NCBI RefSeq assembly: GCF_046119375.1 | Contig: NW_027362771.1 | Span: 559,736,001 to 559,800,000, forward strand | DNA length: 64,000 bases | Direction: 5' to 3' | From: Phyllobates terribilis | Taxonomy: Eukaryota | Shown here: positions 49,301 to 61,200 of the stretch, piece after piece | Layout of the letters: every line of letters starts with the position of its first letter | Numbering within the stretch: position 1 is the stretch's first letter | Made by a program: the position numbers and the translations under genes | The notes under the pieces: model-generated | Database searches by the model: none | What the model was told of the DNA's origin: nothing | The model's input: only the letters and a program-made list of their open reading frames with translations

Positions 49301-52160
49301 TTGGCTGCCACAGTCAATAGAGGGGACACGCTGACCGCCACAATCAATGAGTGGGCAATCTGGCCACCATAATCAATAGATGGGGCACTCTGGCCGCCAC
49401 AGTCAACAGAGGGGGCACGCCGGCTGCCACAGTCAATAGAGGGGGAAACCCAACTGCCACAGTGAATAGAGGTGGCACTTCAGCCGCCACAGATCAATAG
49501 ATGGGTTGCTCCGGCCACCATAGGTCAATAGAGGGGGGCCGCCGGCCGCCACATTCAATAGAGGGGGCTCTCTGGCCGCCACAGTCAATAGAGGGGGCTT
49601 TCCGGCCGCCACAGTCAATAGAGGGGGCAACCCAACTGCCACAGGTCAACAAAGGGGGCACGCCACAGAAAACAAGGAGGGGACTCTGGCTGACACAGTC
49701 CCTTAGGGTGAGGGGGGTGTTGCCTCTGTTGACACAGTCATTGGGGTTGGGTATCTACGGATGACACATTCTTACAGCAAATTCATTGTCAGGATCTTTC
49801 TCTCCTTTTCGGAACGGCCTGGAATAGGAAAAGCTGTGCACCTCGTTGAAGCGATAGTAACTGCAGGAGAAGAAAGGAGACCGGTTACCCATGGCGGAGG
49901 CAGATATTACAACCTTACAGGACTGGCTCCTTGTGTCTGACATAGGAGGGAAACAGCGCCCACCTGAGGATCTGATCGGGCACCAGCTTGTCCTTATATC
50001 GGGGAGGGAGGTTCATTAATGGCTTCACACTGAAGCACTGCACATCTGAAGAATTACTCAAGGAAATAAATCAGAAAGATGTTTAGAGGCGTTCGAGCTC
50101 CTTATCTGATGTAGAGCTCCAAATCCCCTGTAGTGCCCTTAAATGATGAAATTCTGGCTACATGCTGCCACCACTAGGTGGCGTTTTATTGTATGCAGTT
50201 CCCTTTGAGCTCAATAATTAATGTCTACAGTAAGCTCACTAGCTCCCTCTTGTGGCAGATGTAGGCAGTAACAATTTAATTTTTGAGATTACGACTACAC
50301 AGCGTATTTGGTCACACAATGTGAAGATCTAGTGGTCGATGTAATGGTGTTGCGAACATCACCGGCGAAATAAGGCATTGTAATTGATCGGCTGCTCTCC
50401 AGAGTAAAAGAACGCTCGCCATGGCCGTCATTCACTATGGCTAACAGACGAGATCCTGATTGGAGGACCCCCAGGGGGTACCAGAGTTAGGATACATTGC
50501 TTGGGGGAGTTTCTGATGTCATCTCCTGGCGGGGAGCTGCTGGACAGCTTCTCTGCGTTGGGGAACTGGGTCAGAAGCCAAAGGTTAAAATCTTCGAGTC
50601 GTTCATATTCCTTTCCCCGGTGTACAAAGACCTTGTTCTGCAGGAGGGAGAGAGCGAGGATTTTATGGGAGTGATGAGACTATGGAGGGAGGAAGAATAA
50701 TGGGTATAGAGGGGTGCGGAGCTTACCCGTAAGAAGGAAGGGAATCCCTGGCCATAGTATCCCACCGCAAAGTACTCCGGCTGTAACCTCAAGGAGCGCA
50801 TGATGTTCTGGTAGAAGCCGGCCTGTTTATTCTAAGGACATGGAGAGGTCAATGGTTACAGGTGCCGCGATGTGAACGTGGCACGTAGGCATCTGCCCGC
50901 TGACACATTGCTGCTGACACTAAGGGTTATTTCCAGAAAAGAAAATTATTTCCTATACATAAAATAGGGAATAACTGGCTGATCACTGGTGGTCCGAGCA
51001 CTGGGACAGGAGGGATTTTAAGATGGGGGCTCTGCAGCCCTATTGTGGTACCTGCCAGGAATCTGTGCGTGCAGCGCTCTGCTACATCCTGTGCACACTG
51101 AATCGATAGGAGGTTCTAGATGGCACAGCAGAGGTTCTGGATTCTGTCGCAGAGGTTCTAGATTCTGCAGCTGCAGAGGTCCTAGGTGGCGCAGCAGAGG
51201 CTCTAGGTGGTGCATCAGAGGCCCTAGGTAGTGCAGCAGAGGTCCTAGATTCCGCCACAGAGGTTCTAGATGGCGCAACAGAAGTTCTAGGTGACACAGC
51301 ACAGGTTCTAGGTGGCGCAGCAGACATACTAGATGGCGCAGCAGAGGTTCTAGATGGTGTTACAGAGTTCCATTCTCAGGGTTCTAGAACCCCAGTCTTG
51401 GGATCTTTTCAGGGTCCCCATGGTTGCTTTCCCTGCGATCATCAAATCATCCACTATCCATATAACTTCTTCTTTTGAGAACAACCCTTTAATATGTGAG
51501 CACCCAGCCCTGTGCCAATGTGTCAGAAAATGGAACCTAATACTTGTCAAAGCTGAGGTTTTGCTACAATTATATACAACCATGGCTTGATACATTGTAG
51601 AACCAACCCCCCCCCCCCCCCCTCCCCCCGGTAGAGAGATATTTTTTTCTGTGATGTTTTTAGCTGAGACAGATGCCTAGACTGGATACACTGCAGCAAA
51701 CTCTCAGCTGTGAAAAGTATTAAAGGGGTGATCTCATCAGCTGATCACTCGAGTCCAGCCAAGAGGTCGTAGCAGCTGTAATGTCGTATTAGCGGCCGTA
51801 CAGAAGAACGTATCACGGGGACCGCTCCAGTCCTCCAGAACAGAAGCCGCCTGTCTCCATTATGGCTGATAGGGAGGACGGTCGTGAGACAGCAGAGCCA
51901 GATTCCCTGGTTCCACAGCCCCGTTCTCGGATCACTCGGGGTCCCAGTGGTTGGACCACCAACAATCAGAAAGGTATCCCCTATTTTATGGATGGGAAAT
52001 AACTCACTAGCTTGGGAATAGCCTCCTTTAAAGACAGTAGAGGGATTTAGCCTCTGGATGTAAATGTTACAATTCACTCACAGCAAACAGACATGGAAAA
52101 GAGATCAAAAGTCCTAAAACCTTTCATTAGGAAACGCAGAAGCCTTAGTCACATAAGTAG

Positions 52161-52205
<45 letters not shown>

Positions 52206-55200
52206 GGTGCAGTCTCTCTAGATGTCTCTCCGCGTGTTACTAGATGGGTGCGCCTGACGAGGGGCGCAAGCTCCGATGAGGTCATTACCAGCAGGACGCT
52301 GAGCGGCTCGTAGTGGAAGATCTGGTTTTCGTACATCTCTATAAGCTCCTTGCTGCGTATGATGGCCTGTTCCCACATCTGTATCAGACAGGAGAAAGGT
52401 GTTACAAGCAGGGGCAGAGCAGCAGTGCACATTATGGAGTATGACACAGTCCAGAGGAAGATGACCCACCTTGCCCTTATCAAAGAAGGATATAATCTCC
52501 AGATACAGCCGTTCCTTCAGCTCCTGCTGGGTGTACACTGTGTAGCTGTCTCGTTGCAGCAGGTGAGGCGCGCATGGCTTATCAGACCACTAGGTGGCGA
52601 CAAAGCAGCATAATTATTACCAGCAGAGCAGGACATGTGGCAGCACTGATCGTGGAGGGCGCTCACCTTCAGCAGCTCGGCATGGAGGAGCAGGGTGTAC
52701 GCCGCCTCCGTGTAGTTCTCCTTGCTGAGGTGCAGATCTCTCAGTTTGTACACATACCTGCACAACAATGTAAACTATAGCATGGACTGTACAGCAGTGC
52801 CGCAGTATATTCAGTGCACATGTACCTGATATAAATATCCTCCCTCTTCTTCTCTTTATAAAAGTTCTGTATGAGAGAAAAAGGAACCCATGTGTAACTA
52901 GAAAGCAGACACCTAAGGGTTAAGTATAAACACGTATGTGTAATGGCGGTAGAGTAAGATCCCATTAAGCCCTAAGACCTAATTTTAATTTTTACATTTT
53001 TCTTTCTTTAGGGTGTTTAATTAATTCCCTTTTAACAAAAAAAAAAAAGGCTTCCTGGGAAAAAAGTTATGCAAATGAGCTCTCCTATGGGAGGAAGTAC
53101 CTGTCTCTCTAGTGCCATCTATAGGTCGCTACTCTGTAAGTCAATGTCATACCAGCAGGTTGACGGTGCAGCTCATGCGGTTCTCCTCGCTCTCGTCGTT
53201 GGCGATGGTGCGGTAATCCAGCAGGTTCTCCAGCAGGCTGCTCACCAGGACGGTGAACACTTCCCCAGAGCTGGAGAGATACTTGTGCTTCCTGCAGTGC
53301 TCCAACAAGCTGAGGAGCAACATCACAAATGGTCAGGGACGAAGAAGGAGCGCGCATGAGGGTTACACACACGCCAACGCCTCTACGACCAGAAACTCAC
53401 AGCTTCTCCAGGAGCTCCTTGTACTGTCTGTCTCCTCGTCCTCCTTCCACCTCCTGGTCCAGACGCGTGATCAGCTCGTTCTCAAACTACAGAAGAAAGA
53501 AAGGCCAACTGAGGAGTCATCCTCGGAAAGTCCGGTCTTCCTATGACCTGAAGCATACTTTCCCCGACATCATGTGTTGGGGAAGAGCCATCAAATGCCT
53601 TACTTGTCCCAGGGCTCAGCCAACTTTACTCTAAAGGCCACCTTAGGGGTTGTCCAGTGTGTCCTATCCTTGCCACCCTAAGTATCATCAATATTGGCCT
53701 TGGTGACACCCATGCGTAAAGAGAAAGGTGGTTTGCTTGGTCTTTGGGACCTCATGAATCTACTGGTGGTCACGGCACTGTCTACAGGTTAAGTATCTTT
53801 ATTTCATCTATGGGGGAATCAAATTCTCATCTTAGATATTTATTTAAGAAGATTATAGTAAGTGCAGATCTAATAATGAAACTAATGTATAAAAATTTGG
53901 GGTCGACCCTAAAATGGGACCCTATTACCTGGAAGCCCCCAACCCGTTCGGGGTCATTCAGTGGAAGGCCAGGCAAATATTATAACCAGGCATTTTTTCA
54001 TTTTTGCTCTTTTTTTTCGTCTACACAGCTGTAGGAGAGGATATTTTTTTTTGCGGGATGAGTTGTAGTTTTGATGACACCTTTCACTTTACCGTATAAT
54101 GTACTGGAAAAGTAGATCAGTGTGATTACGGGGATCCCAAACTTGTAAAGTGGTTTTTTTTTTTTTTTTTTTTAAATTTTAGAACTTTTTTTTTTAGACT
54201 TTTGTAAAACTTTGCTTTGTGCTGTAATTGTTTACTTGTGCTTGTAGATAGATTGTGAGGGGCTGGTTTATTTTGTGTGCCGAGCTGTCATTTTTAGTAA
54301 TAATGAAGTTTTGATTGCTTTTTATGGAGGAAAAAAAAGGCAATTCTGAGGGGTTAGTTTATTTTAAATCTTCATAGATAGGACTTTTTATACATGCAAA
54401 ATATGATTATTTTTTATTTCCTTTTTTTATATATTGTTAGAATTTNNNNNNNNNNNNNNNNNNNNNNNNNNNNNNNNNNNNNNNNNNNNNNNNNNNNNNN
54501 NNNNNNNNNNNNNNNNNNNNNNNNNNNNNNNNNNNNNNNNNNNNNNNNNNNNNNNNNNNNNNNNNNNNNNNNNNNNNNNNNTTGATGCAGAACCACCCGC
54601 AGTGGATTAGCCAAGGACTCAGGATTGCCTGTATTACAGGACTGTGAGCTGGAAAAGGCTGAAGGCAGAGCTGGTGACGGTCAGCTGCTGTTCTGTTTAG
54701 TATTTACAATTATTTCTGCTGCCACTAGAGGGAGCTCACAGCATACCTTTATTATAGTGTAAAATGTGAGCTACATAGTTCTGACAGTGAGCTCCCTCTA
54801 GTGGTGGCGACAGGCAAACAGCATTTTATTAAATAAGTTTGCCCCCGGCAAAAATACAATAGCGTTACTCCAAATATGATGTTTCAGAGATTATTATAAT
54901 ATCCGATTTGATAGCAAAGATGAAAAAAAAAATGAAATCTGAACTGTCACCAGCTTAAAAAAAAATGTCCCTTACCATATGGAAATGACCGCTGCCACTG
55001 AAGTTATGTTCATGCTGCATCATATCAAAGAAGATGGGGATTGTTGCTTTCCGTAGATCTGGCTCCGGGGTGAGGGTCACCTCCAGGACTGGTCCCACCA
55101 TGGAAGGAATGAATTTAATCTTGTGAGGTCCTAAATGAGAAATACATGGGGAATAAACCAGGTTTACAAGCAAGAAAAAGGTCTATACAACGTTTAGATA

Positions 55201-58200
55201 ATATGGGACATAGTAACCCTGAGAAATTATCCGAAGCGGTCCTGTAATTTCAGAGGTGTGGCGAGGGTACATGAGGAATAACCCTATTTCTACCCATGCT
55301 CGCTTGTATCCTGCATTTTTCAGCAGTTGTCGCTGAGCTAGTGGGTGGAGATTAGCTGCTTTGAGGTCTTCCACACAGTACACAGAGACATGAGTGATTT
55401 CTGATCTCCTGTCTCTACGTAGAACTCGTTCAGAAGGAGCAAAGGCAGCATGGAGGACATTATACAACAGTACTGAGCAGTGTAACTGTGAATCCAGCAC
55501 TAAGCAGCAGCCCCATCTGTTAGTATCTGTACCTCCTTCTCTCACTCTGCCTCTCCCTCCTCCTGCCTAGACTTAAACCAATATCAGTAATCTGATCCCT
55601 CAGTGAGTGGGTGGCAGGAGAGGGGGAAAAGTGACTCCTAAGTGGAAAAAGAACAGATTTTTCTCATCGGATATATTCCATGGTTTCTTATATTTGCCCG
55701 TTCTGTTTATTATGCAAAGATTGTTGCTTTAAGGCCGGATTCCATCTATGATAAAGAAGGTCGTAGTCATCTGTACGAGCATCTGGAGAAAATCGACCGG
55801 GTTCACAATGGCCACCAGGTCACCTGCAATGTTGTGGGCCTTGTCCTTACACCTACACATAGGAAGAAGCATAGTAATATGTTTGCCTCTCACCTAAATT
55901 ATACCACATATCTCTGATCTTCAGACCGATCTCTTTCCTCATGTCCCCGTATCTGCAAGAAACATTAGATAGAGATATTCAGCCTGTACACAAAGATAAG
56001 ATTAACAACCACAAAAAGAGAAATTCTTCTATAAGAAGATAGAAATTCATATAAATATCACATTTTTAATATTTATTTCATAGATTCTGACAACCATCAG
56101 ACACCACTAGGGGGAGCTCACTGTATACAGTTTCACCATTACATGGAGTTTTCTCATCTTCAGGAGCACAGTGCTCCCCTACCTCCCGACTTCCTGTTTG
56201 TCAGGGAACGGTGCGCTCCTAATGATTGCCAGCAGCATGGTTATGCCGCTAGCCCAAACAGAGTGCACTGCCGTGCTGCAGAGACAGCATCAGAAGAGCA
56301 CCGGGTCATATTTAGAGCAGCGCTAACAAGCTCTACATCAAAGGTGAGAACCGCTCACATCTGATGTCAAAACGAACGGCGCCTGATCCCTTATTTAATG
56401 ATATAAAAAACTCTAAACCAACGTCTTGTCGCTCTTACTTGCACAGGATCTTGTGCCGCTTTTCCTGAGAGAACTTGTGCAGCTGCAGAGAGTCGTGGGT
56501 TAACAGTGATACGGCCAAATGGAAGAAGTTATTCCAGAGCTGAGAAAAAAAAATCCAGAGATCAAAGGTGGAGACCTGCGGTAACAGAACTGTCCTTGAT
56601 CATCAAGTCTCAAAAAACCCAACGCAATTGACAGAGAAGGTAAATCTCCAGGCTCGGACTGGCCCATCGGAGAACTGGAGAATCCTCTGGTAGGCCGCCC
56701 CTGTGGAGGGGTGCTAATGAGCAGTCCTATTACACTTCATTCACAATTGGCAGAAAAAGGTGTCATCAAATCATTCATTAAACAAGCTAGCCAAATTAAT
56801 ATTACACAGAAGCAAAAGTAAATTTGCGTCCTAGGGTCAGGTTCTTTTTGCAAGTAGCTGAACAGTGGGCCCAAAGAATTAATGTTACTGGTGTCAATCC
56901 AGTCCAATACTGTATATCTCAATGGTTTTGTACTAAAACTGGTCTGACACTTCAGCCCCAATTCATAATTTACGGGTTTTTTTTATAGTTACTTTCCTTC
57001 TTTGCCTTGTGCTATTTGTTACAGTTTTTTTGGTGACAAATTTTTCATAAATTTTGCGCAAAGTCAAAAAATTGTTTCTTTTTGTGTTGACTGATTTTCT
57101 GACTTTTTAAGAAAAAAAAATTGCACAAAACAAAACGAAAAAGTAATGTACTCAAAAATACACCAGGAAGGGTGGGGGTGGGGCAGGAACTGGAGTGGAG
57201 AAGCGGCAAATTTTGCAACTTTTTTTATTTTTTTTTTAAAAGTCGCATATAAAGAAGCAGAAACATCTGGAAACACCAACCACAAAGAAGGAAAAAAAGG
57301 AAACAGGCGAGCAGATAGAAAACAGACTGCAAAAAAAAGCGCAAAAAGAATATTGAATTGGGTAAAAAATAAAAATAATAATAATATTTAATTGGATGCA
57401 AGCAAAAAAAAGAGCAAAAAAAGGTTTAACTGGGTGCAAGCAAATAAATATTTTTTGTGCTTTTTTTTTTTTTTGCTTGCACCCAATTAAATATTTTTTG
57501 CGCCTTATTATTTTTTTGCTTGCACCCCAAAAAAAAAAAAAAATCTTAAAACTGAGTAAGATCAGCGGCTGCCGGGCAAATCTGATGCCACTTATCTCTC
57601 TGCTAAAGAGAATCAAAGAGCAAATAAATGAGATTCTTAATATAACGAAGGTAGACAACTTTTTAGGGAATGTTTTGTATCGCTCTGCAGGGGATCTGTG
57701 GCCGCCATGGTATGGACGCCCGGGTGCGGCCTACAGCGCAGATATCAGGACTGACTGCTGTGTATTGCAGCTATGGGTGCAGGGATGGTGCATTAGAGCC
57801 ACGCTGCACTGTACTTCATGGTGCAGAGTGTATCCGCTCAGTATCGCTCTCCGTGGAGCCGTTGGGAGACGTAATATTGGATGAAAAGTGCTCGAGCAGC
57901 TTTTCCTTTATTGCAGATTTTATGATGTTGGTGCTGAGAAAGCATCGGCATAAAATCCTCCCCTAATGAAATTCCCCTAAATGAAATCTAATATTTATGG
58001 AGACGCCATTTCTGTAATGAAGGCATAAAAACGCTTTCAGGCTAATTGAAGAATAGGCCATTATCATTTCATGGACAGACGGCTCCATAGTCAGACTGCC
58101 CTTACTCTTAAAGGGGTTGTCCACTCCTGAGAATTTTCTCAAAAACCTTCCGGAATACTTTAAAATAAAAATATATGGTGATCTTACGTGTGCCCATCCC

Positions 58201-61200
58201 CTCCCCCAATGCTACTCTTCCACCGCAGCGCAGATCCCCTACTGGTCTTGGCGTTTCTTCAGTTAGGCGGAAATGTGACTTGTCACCATTGCGGGCAGTG
58301 ATTGGTAGCAGTGGTCAAATGTATTTCTGGATGGAGCAGGTCTTTGTATAGGCTGTTCTGGCCAGAGAGATAGATGACCACTGCAGCCAATCCGTGTTTC
58401 AGAGAAAGGTCGGCCGGGGACTATGGGTCTTGGATGACTAGTCCATGAGGCCGATCCTTGCCCCTCTAGATTGACAGGTCTCTCTCTATACACACACATA
58501 GGCAGAGACCTGTCAGTGTACGGGAGCGGGATGAGGAGAAGTCACCAAGAACCAGCCTCTTGGACTAGTCATCCGAGACCTACAGTCCCCGCCGGCCTTT
58601 CATAGTATGTTTTCCTTGAAATGCAGCAGTGTGATAAAGTAAAACATACGCGGCAGGACTCGGATTCATGCTGCCGTGGTTGGTTCGTGGTTATGGCCGC
58701 TCCCTTTAAGCTCAGTACACGGGCAGACCATGTTCTCACCTGTAGCTCAAAGTTGGTCTGATCCAGGAAGAACTTGTTCAGGACAACTGAAAACCTGTTC
58801 ATGGCCCGAAGAAACACCCTGCAAGAGAGACACCCGGAAAATAGTCACTATCATCACTTCCTTCATATGAAATTCCTGTAATCTGCCATCTCCTAATCCA
58901 GATCTCATTACAGCAATGAAGACCTGGCAGAGTGATAGTGTGTCAATGTACAGTACAGACCAAAAGTTTGGACACACCTTCTCATTTAAAGATTTTTCTG
59001 TATTTTCATGACTATGAAAATTGTACATTCACACTGAAGGCATCAAAACTATGAATTAACACATGTGGAATTATATACTTAACAAAAAAGTGTGAAACAA
59101 CTGAAAATATGTCTTATATTCTAGGTTCTTCAAAGTAGCCACCTTTTGCTTTCATGACTGCTTTGCACACTCTTGGCATTCTCTTGATGAGCTTCAAGAG
59201 GTAGTCACCGGAAATGGTTTTCACTTCACAGGTGTGCCCTGTCAGGTTTAATAAGTGTGATTTCTTGCCTTATAAATGGGGTTGGGACCATCAGTTGTGT
59301 TGTGCAGAAGTCTGGTGGATACACAGCTGATAGTCCTACTGAATAGACTGTTAGAATTTGTATTATGGCAAGAAAAAAGCAGCTAAGTAAAGAAAAACGA
59401 GTGGCCATCATTACTTTAAGAAATGAAGGTAAGTCAGTCCGAAAAATTGGAAAAACTTTGAAAGTGTCCCCAAGTGCAGTTGCAAAAACCATCAAGCGCT
59501 ACAAAGTAACTGGCTCACATGAGGACTGCCCCAGGAAAGGAAGACCAAGAGTCACCTCTGCTTCTGAGGATAAGTTTATCCGAGTCACCAGCCTCAGAAA
59601 TCGCAGGTTAACAGCAGCTCAGATTAGAGACCAGGTCAATGCCACACAGAGTTCTAGCAGCAGACACATCTCTTCAACAACTGTTAAGAGGAGACTTTGT
59701 GCAGCAGGCCTTCATGGTAAAATAGCTGCTAGGAAACCACTGCTAAGGACAGACAACAAGCAGAAGAGACTTTGTCTTTGTGCGATGCAGAAAAAGTGAA
59801 CGGATGGACTCTACATGCCTGGTTCCCACCGTGAAGCATGGAGGAGGAGGTGTGATGGTGCTTTTCTGGTCACACTGTTGGGGATTTATTCAAAATTGAA
59901 GGCATACTGAACCAGCATGGCTACCACAGCATCTTGCAGCGGCATGCTATTCCATCCGGTTTGTGTTTAGTTGGACCATCATTTATTTTTCAACAGGACA
60001 GTGACCCCAAACACACCTCCAGGCTGTGTAAGGGCTATTTGACCAAGAAGGAGAGTGATGGGGTGCTACGCCAGATGACCTGGCCTCCATAGTCACCAGA
60101 TCTGAACCCAATCAAGATGGTTTGGGGTGAGCTGGACCGCAGAGTGAAGGCAAAAGGGCCAACAAGTGCTAAGCATCTCTGGGAACTCCTTCAAGATTGT
60201 TGGAAGACCATTTCCGGTGACTACCTCTTGAAGCTCATCAAGAGAATGCCAAGAGTGTGCAAAGCAGTCATCAAAGCAAAAGGTGGCTACTTTGAAGAAC
60301 CTAGAATATAAGACATATTTTCAGTTGTTTCACACTTTTTTGTAAAGTATATAATTCCACATGTGGTAATTCATAGTTTTGATGCCTTCAGTGAGAATGT
60401 ACAATTTTCATAGTCCTGAAAATACAGAAAAATCTTTAAATGAGAAGGTGTGTCCAAACTTTTAGCCTGTACTGTAAGTGGGGCTTATATTCATTTCTAT
60501 CAACATCAATTAATCTGGAATTTTGGATAATCCAGCGCCTATGTCTCAATAACGCCAAATTAAGGGGATCTCCAGGGAAAACTAAAAACTTCATATTGCT
60601 CTTAGTTCCTAACATGTAGTCTCCATTTTTTTCATTCACGTTATTCTGGTTACACTCCCCTTCCCTCTTAGTATTAGTATAATACAACTCACTACTGAAA
60701 TCAGAGCCAAGGCTGCTGTAATCACAGGACATTATTGACCAGCGATTCCCTTCTTCAGAGACCGAGATGACGCGTAATTTCCCATTCATGGTATTTTAGC
60801 TATCTGAACCTATCTGGCCTTCCAGCTGATGCCTGCAGGGAGAAAGTAAAGTGCAGCAGTGACTAAAGTCTACCGTATATTAAACTTGCTGCACCCCCTT
60901 TTCCTCCTAACGTTAGCATGGTCTAACCCATGCCAAGGCTGCAGTAATCACAGGACATTCATAACAAGCTTGTTCTCTCTAAAGATAAACGGACAGTACA
61001 TCATTACATGATTTGTAGGATATAAAATTAATAATTACAATAATTTTCATAATTTGCATCTTCTATAACTACTTCTTCAGCTGATGTCGGCAGGGAGAAA
61101 GTAAAGGACTACAGAAACTCAAATCTCCTATTTTCCTCTATAATGAAATGAATTAATTGTGCAGCCTTCAAGTGAATGAAGATCATAAACAGCATACAGC

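Noticed and set aside
48449-49372. NRGG-repeat ORFs
   Set aside because: They are translations of the ~30-bp intronic minisatellite.
57236-57884. Lys/Phe-rich ORFs of 140-162 aa
   Set aside because: They come from low-complexity A/T-rich intronic repeat sequence with no recognisable domain.
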